From Bugula neritina (lineage: Eukaryota > Animalia > Bryozoa): a DNA stretch of 64,000 nt. The number at the start of each line of letters is the position of its first letter. Within the stretch, counting starts at the first letter, position 1. Where the stretch lies: NCBI GenBank assembly GCA_964035545.1, contig OZ037765.1:18662995-18726994 (forward strand). The letters run 5' to 3'. The translations under genes were made by a program, and so were the position numbers. Shown in pieces: positions 1 to 15,000 of the stretch. The notes under the pieces were generated by a model. It saw only the letters and a program-made list of their open reading frames with translations. It made no database searches and was not told the DNA's origin.

Positions 1-519
1 TTTTAAAAGCTTTTCAAAACTGGCTTACTATATAATTTTACAAACAATATTAATTATGACAGAGCAGGCACTGTCTGCACCATGTAGACAACTACAAAGT
101 AAGACTTGAACTTAGATAATTCATAAAATAAACCCTAAATCAATTAATATATTATAGATTAATATATAAAGATGTTTGTTGTAAATACTTTATATATTAA
201 TATAAAGTTTGCACTTAGCATTATACATTAGGTACTATTTTTGATCAAACTGAGTGTTTGAAATTTTATAGTTTGGAGTTTGGGCCACAGCCAAATAGAA
301 TAGACAACTCCTTTGCAAAAATTCGATATGGAGTATATTATTTAATTTGTAAATATACCGCTTTTTGTGACTATCGCAAAGGATATATTGAAATTAATGA
401 TTTTAAAATTATTTCAACCAAACCTTACAATATAATGTTAGTAGGACAATGTGAGCAAATGGATTAAATGAAATGTGCATAATTATGATACATTTATATC
501 CATGCGATAGCCTACTTAC

Positions 520-576
520 CCCACAAGTCAACTTGTTTATTTTTACCAGCTCCACATTCTCAGCTCCTGCTGCCAT
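520..576 (-). CDS. Possible first coding exon of an unidentified gene running off the left edge (MAAGAENVELVKINKLTCG|)
   Basis: ATG at 576, 19 open codons, then a strong donor GGG|GTAAGT. No recognisable homology and no downstream exon identified. Confidence 0.25.
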
Positions 577-1571
577 CACTAGAGTTGTTCATTAAGGATG
601 TTGCTGCTAAAGGTAGTCTTACACAAATACTTATAGCTTACTACTTAGCCACTGCACCAGTTAAGGATTTATTAAAGCCAGCCAGATGCTACTGAGTGCA
701 AAAATTTGATTGATGACAGCCAACTGCATAGTGATTGTGTCATCATTGCTTAAGGGCATTCAAATTCTTCAGAGAAAATTTAGCTACTAGCCCTCAAAAT
801 GTAACATGTAAGCAATTATGAATTGTGACCCTACACTGCCATATATTTGCCATCTTTAAAATCAAGCAGTTATTAAAGTGCTTCTGCTGTAACAGTAAGG
901 CTACTTTCAACAGTTATATTATACTACAAGTAATGCATTGTTGAAGTTTTAAGGCCTAGACAAGTTACAGGTGTAGTCCAGCTACATTGTGATTCATGCC
1001 AGGTGCATACTTTCACTAATGTACAAGTCACAACATTTGTGGAGCAGATGAGAAACTTGATTACTATAACATACTTTCACAATCAATCTAATTTGCAAGG
1101 TGGGCAATGGGTCTAATCTACACAAACCTTTGCATTGTTTTAGATCATCTATATTCTGTTTTATTCCTTATGTAACAATGCCAATTTTAGTCTAGTTCTC
1201 ATTATAGAAAAATAAAATACTTCAAACTTATTAAAAATTTACTGTAATACCCATGGCAAATGATTGCATACAAAATAAAAAGCTTAGATTAACCACAACA
1301 TAAAATGAAAAATGGCTAAGTGAAATATTTCAATCACATTTGGAAAATTGTGGAATTTGAGTAACAAGAAAAGTAAAGTAAAAGTAAAACTTGCCAGTTG
1401 ACAAAATAAAATAAGTATGACACTGTTGGAAACATATTACTGGAACATCTCAAATAATTATCGATTGTGCAAACATTGTGCAAATAAATTCAGCTAAACT
1501 GTCTAATATCATGGTTATATACTACTATAGACTTTCTCTAGAGCTTTTCTCGCCAGCAGGAGTTGGAAAAA

Positions 1572-4500
1572 TTAATTTCCTTTCTTCTGCATATCTCTGG
1601 TCATGAGACAGGCAAAGACAGTGAGGATCATTTTAGGTTTCACTTCGACAATATCTTCTGGAAGAGCATAGATTCGAGCTCCTATCTTTCGACCCATTGA
1701 TATGGCATACTTGGCATTGGCAAGTCGATCCTATAAAAGTAATTCTCAATTTTACAAACTTGAAAGTTATAAAATATAAAACAAGATATATAGCAAATGC
1801 AGAACAACTATAGTGGTTAGAATAAAATATTCAAAAACTAGCAAGCATTTTGATTTTTTACATTGAATGGTACAAAATTTTGAGTAAAAAAAATTACTGA
1901 CCAAATGCAAATTCATGGCAGGTTTCACTATAAGTAATCAATTAAGTTTGACATGTTGCTCAGGTACTTTTTTTTTAGAAAAGATGGTAATAAGAATTTA
2001 TTCAAATTTATATGGGGGGGGGGGGGGGGTAAGTTTAAAAAACCATTTATATGCTTTTCAAGTTCAAGCTCAAAGATCTAAATAACTCTTTTACTATTCA
2101 TACTCTAGTTATAGGTGATCATGACAGAGTTTAAACCTTGGAATAGTTATGCAGTGTAAGACACTGTGAAATACACCCACCTCATCACCATCAGATGCTC
2201 GCACCAAATCATACTTTATACTATTCGGGACAATGGCGTCTATGAGATCAATAAAAACCCGGCCATCAGCTAGAGAGTGGTCCTTGAAACTCTCAACTTT
2301 ACTAGACTTTCCAGCAGAAGCCAATTTCTGGTTGGCCCACTGGATGATGTCCTGATCCATGACTGGTTTATGAGAGTTGGTCAGTTCCTTCAGTATTGAT
2401 AAGGTATAAGCTCTCATCAGCTGCCAAACTAGGGCTGTGCAAACAAAGTAGCATTGTAAATATCATAGCATGAATAAGGCATTTGCTTTACACATTATAA
2501 ATCAAACCTATATTATTTGAGGCAGAAAAGATGCATCAAATTTTATGAATGTGCTGCCACTAGAGCTAAGAGCACGTTTCTCACAAAAATTACGGTGAAG
2601 ATTATACTACAGACATGACAAACTTTATTATCCTTACCGAGGGTGAGAGTTTCATTGCCATCATAAATATCTTTACCACCAACACCAACCAAAGACAGAT
2701 GAATAGCTTTTCCCAAATCCACTGCATAGTTACAATTCTCAATCATCAGGAAGACCTGCACAAATCATTTTACAATATACATCATGCTAGCATACCCTGG
2801 ACAGTTATCTAAGAGATTATATGACCAGTAGCTAGACTAAAATATTATATGTACACTCTTAGCAGGTTAGAATATTAGCTACATAACAATAACATTTAAA
2901 TTTCAAGGAACTTCACTGGTTGACTTGCTATGCAACTCACGAGACTACACCAAGAAGCAGACACTTGAGGGCGCGAGTTTCGGTTATAATTTGTAGCTGT
3001 GTTATTATATTTACACACAGAGTTGCGGATTGAAGAGCCACGTGGCAGTATTTACTGCATGAACATAGACCTTACAGCATGGAAAGTGATCTTGTGATTA
3101 TCAACATGGCACTACCAATACATTTGGGTATTCTTATAGCTGGCAACAGTATTGAATATATATGGCAACACTAACCTTTCGGAGAGTGGGAAATTTCTGA
3201 TGCACTTTATTCCAGTCAACAATACCATTTTGAATAATGTCGTAAAGTTGGAATATGACGAGGCCGCTACTCAAATCATTGTATAGTCTGTTTACAAATG
3301 GGGAAACACCCATGCTGTTCATCCAGTTTCTGTAGGCTGTTAAAAGATAACAGATTATACGTTATACACAAACTAGTTGTGGGGTGTTTGCATGGGAGTA
3401 GATAACTGGTAGTAGAAAGTTGGTATTGTGCGTCACACAACTAGGTTTGAAAACAGGTACTAATAACAATGTGATTAGAACTGAGCCTGATAAAGATATC
3501 AGTACTAGTAGAAGTGTAAAGCGCAGAAAAGTAAACATGCGAGACAACTTGTAACTACTAAACTACATGTAGACTTGACGGCTCTTTGTAGTTCAGTTGA
3601 CTGAAAACTTTCAATAAATATATGCCCATCAAGAAATTCTAGAGAGTCTTTCAATTTACACGTGCATAATATTCTAATGCTAGGGATTGACTCAATGAAT
3701 CCAGAATAAACATTAATCAAACATACTTCGTTCTTCACGAGTTTCTTGAACAAACTCGATCTCCGCATCATCAGGCTTCTCAAGTGCCGGGTAGCTGTTG
3801 AACAGGTTGGCCACGAATGCCAAGTTCAGCTTATAGTTGCCCTTCACCACTTCACTTGGACCAACAAATGTTCGACAGTCAATCTTATCAGCTTCTTGCA
3901 ACATCAGCTCTGCTCTCTGGGTCAGGTCCCTGGTCTGTAGAATAGAGTAACTGAGGCTACATTTAAGATCTATTCAACATTATTAAGTAAATGATTCTCA
4001 GGTATAAAATAAATCTTGCATCAAAAAGGGTACAGCTTTCCACTTTCCCCATGCATAGATGGCATGGACAGAACTTTTCAAGTTACCGGATAAGAAAATG
4101 TACGGTTGTATACGTGTAATATCTTACATGAACCCCAACAGTGGAGATTTCTTTCTCTGCTGGAGCTATTTGTGATAGCAAGTGAAAATATGCCACGCTG
4201 TCGCTAATATCTGAGGTGAAGTTGGCAATCTGCCTGCCACAGCCAGAGTTCCTCAAGTGGTAGTTCACCCATCTCAGCAGGATCTGTTCAGGAGAAAGCT
4301 TGAAGAGATCTTCAAGACATTCGCCTTCTTCAAGTAGCAGGATGAGTCCAGGGTGATGAGCAATGTTGATGTCACTGAGCAAACCAATCTATAAAGAGTG
4401 GCTTACAACATTCACACAAGTATATTATTCAGCTATTACATAGATAATCTGTTCCTGTATCTCAATGTGCCTCTAGTTACAATAATTTTAAGTTTGTGCA

Positions 4501-7500
4501 CAATGTTTACTAAAAAACATTTAATTTTAAAAACTTTTTTGCAACTTGTTTCCACTTGCTAAAACAATATAATAGTATGAGTAGTGTAACTAGCTACTTA
4601 AACAATCAAAAGAAAACGCAATGCAAACATTAAAGGGTTGCTTTTAATCAATTATCATACCTAATATATCAGAAGCATTGTTGATACACACAATGCACTG
4701 TGAATATGATTGGACTACTAAAGCTTAATTAAAGCCACTCTAGTGTTTGCATGCACAAACATTTTTAGTCTGACTTGAAATAAAATTGACTCAATGCTTT
4801 TTTACTAGATAAACCGACTAACTTGTTTAATACTTAGGGAATATTTGCAGTCATTTTAAATAGTACTTGTACTTAACCGATATTGGAAAAATAAAATTTT
4901 TTACAACTTTCAAATTAACACAAACTTGTGTTGGAGGCACATCAAAAATGAGAAACTGCATATACAAAATAATGTGTGCCTCTGCATGTATTATTACTTG
5001 AAGTGATACCAACTATACCTACATTTGCAAGCTAGTCACTATTGAGAAGGCAGAATACCTGAACTTTATTTATAATCGACTGTCAAATCGTCACTCAGAG
5101 CAATCTAGTTGACATACTAAAATTTTCAAAGTTTATAAAAACCTGGGACTTCTAGGAACACACACTACAGCTAGCGCCTATTGAACTTACTCTAATAATC
5201 TGCCAGAGCAGGCCCAGCACAAGATGGGGCTTGCCTTCAAGTAGATCTCCTGCACCAATGTTTACAATGCTGCAGCCAATAGCTCTTGCAGAGTTTATTG
5301 CCAACAATAGATTCTCTGTTTTTCTATAGACATCTAGCTTTGTTTTGTTGATGGCCCGTTCATCCACAGTCTCCGGCACAGACCAATTGATCATCTTGCT
5401 ATATACAGAGAGAATAGAAAATATGTAACATGTAAATTACTGAGCTTCCAGTTGAAAAAGTTATTCAACGTTGTGGTACTTGGATACTGAGCCTACTTCC
5501 TAAGTAATTGGCACTACGCTTATCAGTAACCATGCCAATTAACAAACACTGTGAGCAGGGTTGGCACCTAACTAGTAGATAATGCATGGTTATGTGATGA
5601 ACCTTAATCTCACATTCAATCTAGATTCTAGAGCTATCAGCAGTTTCACATATTAACCTTTGAATTCACTGAAAGCTCTGTCTATTCTTATCTACCCTAT
5701 TCACTTTAACTTTGCCAACACTAGAAAGAAAACTAGGTATTATAAAGCAGGCTAGCAAAGACAATCAGTCCACTCAGACTAGATAAATATCTCTGCACTA
5801 GCTATTGAGTGGGCACAGCAGCATTCATAATGTAGATTTAGTGCTATCACCAACCAACCCTGACTAATAAACTTGATATTTGTTCAACTTGTTAAATGCT
5901 GCATTTAGTGGCCTAAACATTTGCCTAAAGTTGGCAGAAACAGTCATTAATAAATGAAGCACAACTTAGAAGACACCAGAAAAACTTTACTGCTTACTTA
6001 CTTGCTTGCTTAAGGCAAATTTTATGTCGTACAGATTGAGACAGTACTGGTTACATAAAAATAGCTCACCATAAAATAATGCCATCTTGTGTTTTTTGGT
6101 AAAGGTCTCCAGTTGCTGGATTGAGAGGAAGATATGCGGAACAGTCTGGGTCCCCAGAGAGACATCTACAAGTGACACAAAAATTATCATTAAATACTTT
6201 TGATTTGCAACATTAATTTGTTATTTTTTTGGTTAAAAATTCTTGATATTTAAAAAATTCAAAACTTAAACTCAGCAACAAATACATATAGCATAGTATG
6301 TTATTAACTTATTAATCCAATCAGCAAATCCACTCAATTCATTAGCCTTGACTGAGTGAGTAGTCCCTTCACTAGAAGCATCATTTGTTCCGGCAATGTG
6401 CTTCACTCCTACACTTTCTTTAACTTGTTTCTTGAACTTTCTCCCCAAATTTCGGACATCTTCTAACTTAGCAAACATCTACAAACGAAAAAATAGAGTT
6501 CTAAGGACATCAAAGTATAATAAATAAGTTTTCAAAAAACTTGAAAAATTCTAACAAGCTTAAAATGATTTAGTTATTTATAGCTAACACAAGTAAATAT
6601 ATTCATCTATCTCTACGCTTTACCAAAATACTGTCAGACCAGTTACTAATGTGTAAAAATATTCAACACAGATAACACTTCCTTCTCTATACAATAAATA
6701 CAGTGCAGTAGATCTATGTATTTGTACAACTCAATAGCAATAAAAGAAACTATTTTACCATTTTACAATTGTATTAGGTAATTACACAAATAATGACAAT
6801 CATCTAACCATTTTGAATTCCTCAATATCTATTTTCCCATCTTTAATATTGGTGTCAAATTCCTTTATTAGATCTCGAATCTGGTAATTAGGGAGCTTAT
6901 GACCAACCACTTCCAATGCATGTCCGATTTCATCAACAGATATGAACCCATTGCCATCAGCATCAAGCTAAAAACAATACTTTAGATTGTTTAGTGTGAA
7001 ATAAATCAAATATATATAATACGTAATATGCAATAAAATAACTCCATCTGCATACTAGTCAGTCTATAATAAAATGAGCAAGTTTATGATAACATAACTG
7101 CACGATAAGCTCAAGAAATTGTTGGAAACAAATCAAACTTGAACTTAAAACCAAGTAGAAATCAAAGCCATCCAAGTAAATTTGTGAACAGTGGGGTGAA
7201 CATTGGAATGACTAGTTTGGAATCAACTTCAGAAATGAAATCAGCACACACAACTATTACAAACAGATTAATTGATATTGGTAGGTCAAAGAAAGTCTGT
7301 AATATATTTAGCATAACAGAAAACTCTACAGAAAAATACAGTTTTAGAAAAAATATTGTATAGAAATTTTACTTTTGATAAAATATAAAAATGTGTGATC
7401 AAGTTCATTGTGCAATGCAATGAAGAGTCACTACAAACCCATAGTTATCAATGTGCACTTTAAGTCTAACTCAACAAAATAAAATGTGTTATTCCATACA

Positions 7501-8501
7501 AACAATTTTTCAAAAATAAAATGAAACTAAGTTAGTGATACTAATACCGATAGAAACTGGTTTAGAATAGTTCAAGGGAATCTGTAGCTTAAGTAAAAAA
7601 GTTTAATTTAGTCTTTATATTTTACAGATTGATTTTAAAGGCTTTTCAAACTAAACTACAACTTTTTTTTTAATTAAAACTTAATTTCATCAATTTAAGT
7701 CTTGCATCACTGCATCTAGTAATTTACTATTACTATAAGTAGATCTTAAATCTAATAAATCAACTACTGATTACATAATGTACTAATCAGTCATTCTATC
7801 TATCTATCTATCTATCAAGGTTAGGAGCAATAATAAATGTAAGTGATAGTCTGCAACATATTTTGTAAACAGAGAATATCAATATATAGGTATTTATTAA
7901 TTTACTATTTAATTTATCATCAATTGTCAGACTAAGTACACAAACCAGCTAGAACAATGTACCAAGTGTTGGTAAATACATGGATATTGACTCTATCGTG
8001 ATCTTAAGTAACAATCATTATGATAATCATAATGTGTCTTTTTAAAATTAAATAAGACATATACAGTAATATTGAAAAGTAAAACTAAATAGTAGTAGCT
8101 AATAATACATAACGATAATGACTAATCACTTAGTTTTATGAGTGATAAGTTTATAATTGCCTTTAATCATATTCATAATGATAATGAATATGATTAAAAA
8201 TTTATGCCAAGACTTAGAATAACTATAAGAATTGACTGAAATAAAAAATTAACTATATCTCAAATACTGTGATTTAAATTAAAGCAGGCTAGAACTTAAA
8301 GCTTGAGTCTTTTCATCTAAGTCAATTTTTTTTTATTTCAACCTAAATTTTTAACAAGGTAAGGGTAACACTAACACCATTTTTATTTTAATTTTACAAG
8401 TTACGAATACTAGTTATTATTAAAGTGCTCACCGTATTGAACTGATCAATTAATTCTTCTAGTTTGTCATCAGCAAGCATGAGAGATGGAGGACGAGACA
8501 T
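1572..8501 (-). CDS. PLS3: Plastin/fimbrin (2 EF-hands + 4 CH domains), 11 exons, ~620 aa
   Basis: Exons 8433-8501, 6809-6967, 6309-6478, 6070-6165, 5191-5398, 4128-4388, 3727-3934, 3176-3336, 2638-2755, 2181-2434, 1572-1730. All GT-AG, total 1863 nt in frame. Motifs: EF-hand [93 protein letters not shown]. The symbol denotes the family (co-ortholog of PLS1/PLS3/LCP1). Confidence 0.97.
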
Positions 8502-8569
8502 GATTGTAACAGTCGGTAGTAAACTTGCAGAGAAAATGCTACTGTCTTGACAAATTGATCAGCTTTAAG

Positions 8570-8730
8570 GACTATATAGCAACCACTTCTTCCTGGATGA
8601 TTTTGGCACAACAGCAGAGCACGCCGATATGCGTCACGTGATTCAAATATACACGGAGCAACCTTATTGGTGGGAAACACGGAAGGAAGCATCTGCACTC
8701 CCTTATATGGTATGCGAGTCTCCGCCCAGA
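8570..8730 (-). promoter_or_regulatory. Plastin proximal promoter: CArG box, E-box, CCAAT, GC box, TATA-like element
   Basis: CCTTATATGG 8701-8710 (perfect CC(A/T)6GG), GTCACGTGA 8633-8641, ATTGG 8666-8670, CCGCCC 8722-8727, CTATATAG 8572-8579. Locally CpG-rich, 70-230 bp upstream of the ATG. Confidence 0.65.
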
Positions 8731-9001
8731 TAGATTATTATTATTGTCGCAACCACCAATTCCACATTAAAGGGTGTGATATCAAGTGACAATTTGCAGG
8801 CCTAATTATGATCTCAAGTCTTGAACCCATTTTATGAAGACCTAAACTTTTGAATAATTATTATTAGCAATATATTTATGCACGCATAAATAAATTTCGA
8901 AGTTTGTTTAATAAATCAATTTATATTAGATAAAAGATAATCAATATAATATAACATTTTGATGAAAATTTAGAAAATACTTGTTCTAAATTGCAATATA
9001 A

Positions 9002-12000
9002 TCATCTAAATATATCAATATCACTTGGCTTTACACTCTCCATAGGTTTATGTTCAGGTTTCTGGTCAAATAAGGAAGCAAACAGTTGATCCCTGTGAAA
9101 AAAACAAGTTAAATAAAGTTACTTTTAAATAAAACACGGGCCCCAAAAGAACAAGGTCATGAATCATTTTCCAAGTAGTAAGTATTCAGTATCCAGGAGT
9201 TAAATGCAAGCTAGAAATTTTAAAAAGCAAATTTGGCAGGAATATGTAATTTATGTCTATTTGTCACCATAAACAAGCCTTGTATAAAAACTGCTTAACA
9301 AACTGCTTGTTTTGCTATACAGAAAAATTATTCATAATCACATGGCTGAAAATCAGCACTGATTTGATTTATTAGAGCAAAATGTATAATTATAAATAGC
9401 ATAGCAAAACATGACTCATCAACGCTCAATTAGCTGTTGCCTCTATGATTAACTACATATAATGGTGACTCACTTTCTATCATCATCCCATTCCAAGGAT
9501 GATATTATGGGTGCCATGAAGTTAACCAATTTGGGCATTACATTATATCTGCAACAAAGTATAGTAGTTGATGTATAAGTATATAATAGAATGGGAATGA
9601 ACATTCAAACAAACAAAAACATGAAATTAACCTGGATCAGCAGCAACCAACTAGATATAGTACATGTAATTATAACCTAGCAGTATAAAAGCTGATTCAC
9701 TTGTTTATGAGCTAAGCCATGATGTACAAGAAAATGAGTAATTCCATCATGACTATCTTGCCATTAGCTGTGGATTATGCATGGTGATAACATTACACTG
9801 ATGGCCATCTCTTATTATCACAGCCAAGATCATTACTAATAAATGTCTGCAATTATAAATGAGTGTGATTTTAACTAGGAATGATTAATTGTATCGGATG
9901 TGGCAGTGTTAAAAGCCAGGAAACTGGTATTGTGCCTCACTTTTATACAAAATAATATCATATCCTAACACAAGACTGTGAACTACCACAATATTCAAAC
10001 TGATAACAGAGTAAAGCTCATACAGCCGACTGCATAGGAACAACTCAGTTACTAAAGTGCACTGCAGATTACCTAATATTTACAATGCAGCAGAGGCGTC
10101 AGTTGACAAACAAAGTATGTCTCACTCAATAAATGTCAAATGAAGACTTGACATTCCTGAATAAACCTGAGTAAGCTTCATTTTCAGAAAAAATTCAAAA
10201 TTTCAGACAACATACGACTGAAATCATTAATTAAAATTTCTCCAGGTATTTCAATAAGATAAGCACCAGCAAAATAAATCCCGCTATGAATTAACTATAG
10301 TAGCTGGAGAATTTTAAATAACCAACATTATTTCATTTGTATGAACATGAGACAGCTTCTTTTGCTACACTTTTTCTGTACACAACAATTTTACTATGCT
10401 GCACTGAAGGAGGAAAGTTTTGTAAAAATGACACACAAGCATCTTTACTTAAAATACGCTAAGCAATTGTGAGTCACAGGAGGAAGTGAAACCTATAATA
10501 TGCATATCACACATGAACTGCATAACAACTATCTTTTCATTAGCACTGTATTCAACATTTCTTGGCTAAGTGTTGAATGCTATTGTGTAATTATTCGTAT
10601 CCATGACTGGCTGTAATAAAGCACATTTTGAGTACAAAACAGACATAATAGCTGGCTAACTATGCTGTTATACCTTAGTTTTCGTCCCTTGCTAGCTCTA
10701 GTATCAATTGTGCGTTTTACTTGCTTTCTTAGAGCTTGGAATTCCAGCCACTGCCTGCAAATCACACAAGAAAATAAGTTTACCCAACAGGTTAAGGTTG
10801 AGTCAAAATCTTGTAAGAGACTGCATATTAAGTATGGAATTCCTACATACTTGATTAGTTGAAACTTCCTGGTAAGTTACAGTGATCGACTTATCCAAAC
10901 ATCCTATCTATAATTTATGCTCTATACTATCACAGCCATTTAACCAACAGCAGCTAGGTTAAGCAATAAACAATTATTATATGTCCTCCAATGTGACTTC
11001 AAATTATGACCATCTGTTATTTTGCCTGACTGTGACCTGCATTGCACTTTCAGCAAACATCAATAGAGGGTGCTAAATTTTGATTTTAAACAATACAAGG
11101 TAATTTGCTTGAAAAAGAAATATATAAAAGAAGACATTGAACACAGAGCCTACACAAGTAAATAGTGAGAGCCTAGATGGGAACAGTTTGAAGCCCAACC
11201 AGCATAAGCTTTTCACTATTCAAATAGGCCTATGAGTATTGAGTATTATTCTCAACCGAACAATCCAATTTTCGTCGTCGACTGAAAAATGTATCGCCTA
11301 AACAAGCTTATATTCTAATCCAGTGTTGGAATATATATACTGTGGCAAATCGACACAGTTCAAATGACCTTTACATAATGTTGTGCACACAAACCTAGAC
11401 ATAGCAACTGGGTCGTCACTTCTATTGGTCCGCTGTTCTATAAGTTCTCGAAGTAGCTGGTGATAGAAGTCATCGTCATTGAATATTTCACTATCAATAC
11501 TATGAGTCTGTGTCTGTTTCTTTTTGTCAATGTCAGCTTCATTTTCTGGAGTCTACAAAATATGAGCCTTTTAATTTAGTAAAATATCACTAAATATCAT
11601 TGTGTAAAACTGTTTACACTAGCAGCAAAGTAAACAATAACTTAACCGGTCAGAAAAGCATTTATCAGCCAAGCAAAAAACACAACTTAGTATTAATTAC
11701 TAGTATGATTTAAGGGGCCTGTAAGAGAACCCCCCAAAGCTGTGCTTATATCACAGTCTATACAGTTATTTTTCATCTATATTTACCATTGATAACAAAA
11801 ACAAACCTTATCTGCCGAAACTTCCTCTACGGTTGATTTGCCAATAACTTTCAAATTATTTCTTTTCTGTCGTGTCCTCAAAAGCAATCTATTTCTGTCA
11901 GATAGTATCTACAGCACAATCAAAACATGTCATAAACTTAGTAGAGATGTTAGCTGCGAATTCCATCAATATTGCATATTATTCTCCAGCAGATACCTTC

Positions 12001-15000
12001 CAATACAAACTATTTTCATGGAAATTCAGTACTACAGGTAAAATCAAACACTAACAAAGTAATGAGGCAAATGTAGGTGTTACATCAAACAATATGTACA
12101 GTATACTCATTCAATATGATTCCAGCAATATTGGTCAGTCATATGAAACAAACTATTACCTCAAAACAATCCATCATTTTTAAGTTTCACTGTATAGGTC
12201 AATACAATAACAAAAACAATAATGTATTATTTGGCCATGCCCAATGAAGTGAAGAGATTGGGCAATAGTTAAATACATTAGTCGAGTATATTGCCAAACA
12301 ACTTGAACATAAGCCTATGCTAATAACCATAATATATCATCAACTCACACAGCAAGTATTTACAGTTACTAGATTGGGAAAGATAAACTAGTAGTCAAGG
12401 AAACAGTACAAATTCCCAGCAATAATCACTCACATATTGTATTTGACTTAGTATCGACTGGGGTGAATGTTCAGCTCCTTTACGTTTAGAAGAAGCTGCA
12501 ACACTGAGTCTCGTTTTATCATCCCATTTCTGTATGACATCATCTCTTCTACTTTGACTGGCCTTGAAACGTTTCCCAATAGCCTCTTCCACTTCACTGA
12601 GAGGTCGTTTAGCCACTCTGGAAGTGAAGCAATAACTCCATAACCATGTATGCCACAAGTGCAAGATAACAATACATGTAGTTAGACAGAATATCCAGTA
12701 AATTTCCTGCTAGTCCAACGTAATGTTAACTGAAAGCACAAAATCTTCTAAGGACTATGATTATGACAGTGAATATGGAGTTGGGTAGTAGGTGCAGGTT
12801 AGCTATTTTTTCATTTAGGAGCAGTAGTGGAGAAATTGAGATAGCCCAAGTTATTTAATTATTTTATAAAATTTTGGTTTGGGGTTGAGTTGAAATTTTT
12901 GCAAGAACATAACTTCTTTTGCTACATTTGAAATCTCGAACACAGGCTTTTCTCAATTTCTATATTACTACACCTACCTCTAGTTTTTTAGCAGAAGAAA
13001 TTGTCTTCCAAACAAATAAAGTAAAGGTCTAACTAAGGACAAACCTGTACCAAGCAGTAAAAATTCAACACTGGATTAGACTGAAATGAAATAAAGACCA
13101 GAAGTCAATGTAACTAAATGCTGCCATTAAAAGCCTTTACACATGATATTTTCTATACTGAACTCACTTTATACTAGTTAATAAACATATTATTAAAAAT
13201 TAGCACTATCTCAACTTCGTTTTAAAGCAAATATTCTTTACAATAAAAGATAGCACATCAAAGCTTTTAGACTAGTATTTAGTAAACTAATGGATCCATC
13301 AGCCAAAGTAATAATCATAGTTAGCGGCTGATTTTGCTGTTCCCTTCGTAAATATTGTTAAAGTAACATAGTTTTGCAAGGAATATGAAGGGTACACTCT
13401 TGATTTTTTTCAGTATTGACAAAAAGAATCAAATAAGGGGAGTCAAGTATTTGTAAACAGAAATCTTGACAACATCTTCAAATGAGTATAAGTGAGCTAT
13501 ATTAATGAATATTTGTAATGATAAAATTCAAGTGCCAACAACCACTATGGTTTCTTACCTAGAGTACAGTACAGGCTAGATTGAATAAAAACCACATGTT
13601 TCTATAGTCAGTTCCTATTGTCAAATTGTAAGTTTTTTTTTTAAAAGAAGACAATTCCAAATTATTCCGCCCTTAAATTTTGCCAGCATTAAAAGCAATT
13701 CTATTGCTGCGCCAGAATGTTAAAAACTATATTCCTGATGTTTAAAAAATAATTGACACATTAATCTATAGAACATAGCACTGTTTATAATGACTATATT
13801 CACTTTATTTAAGCATATACCACTGCATCTTTCGCTTTTAAATAAATTATTTTCACAACTATAATAGAACCTACAACAGATGCACGTCTTCTTATCACTT
13901 ACTGGTTTATTGCCACCAGCTAACAACGACATAGCCCAGGAACCACTGGTTCATAGTGACAATGAGGAGGAGCCAGTACCTCCCCTTAACTTAGCCACAT
14001 TGTCTAGTAATGAATTTCCGGCAGAATAACAAACTATAATGTGTAATTTGGTTAGAATGAGTTGCACTGTGACCATGTATACCGTACATACAGAAGTTTC
14101 ATGCCACCTCACTCTGAAACTTAATTTTTTAGATACACGCACTTGGAGTTGCTCTTTTTTAAATTTAAAAAGACACAAACTAATAAAAGCCTAAACTATT
14201 TTCTGGTGCATAAAGCAAAGTCTTACTAGAAATTTTCAGAATGAAAATTTAATTTTAATTTTTAATTGTCAATTTATTTTAGGCCTTCAAATGCTTTGGC
14301 TTAAAGAAAAATGATATAGATTCAATATGAATAGTAATTATCTAAAATAATAGCAACTTAGATAAATAAAACAATTGAATTATATCGTTATAACTTATAG
14401 GAGATCCTTATAATTATTGTTTACATCTCAAAACTAGCCTCCACCGCAATTGCTGATCTCTACCTCCACAGCTAAAGAGCTCATTTTATTGAATGGCCCT
14501 GTTATCATGCTTTAAATGCGGTAAGACTTGTATGTGCAAAATAAGCAGCAATCTTATTTTTTTAATAAGTACCGATTGTTTACCTCATAGGAAGTTGTCC
14601 TCCCTCGAGGACAGTCTGTAGAGAAAGCAGCTCATCAGACAGGGCTATGCATGACTCAGAAACTAAAACACCAACAACCAATTGCTAAACAGAACAAATA
14701 CAACTCCAGTAATGAAATATCCTGTAAAGTGGCAAGCTGTCACATGCAAACTAGCTGATCAGCTGATATTACCTTATAACACAACGCTGTAGCGCAGAGC
14801 ATACATGTGAACACAGTTGAAATTTTCTTAATTCCCGGTTGTTTGAATTTTATGTTTATATAAAGTGTTTCAACTAAAGTTCTTTTGTTTTAAAAATGAA
14901 TTCTGGCACACGAGCATCAAGAGTAACAAATTCAGCAACTGTATCATTTGAGAGCCTCCAAATGATATTTTAGCCAAAGCACACTTCAGTCATTTCATCC

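Noticed and set aside
2014-2029. G16 run (also C-runs near 35990-36011 and 56670-56680)
   Set aside because: Ordinary intronic homopolymers; no evidence of function.
5594-5672. C/D-box snoRNA-like GTGATGA...CTGA
   Set aside because: Antisense to the host gene, no terminal stem and no recognisable rRNA complement.
13570-14440. Possible DNA transposon remnant with AGGCTAG...CTAGCCT ends
   Set aside because: Inverted match is too short, with no TSD or second copy in the window.
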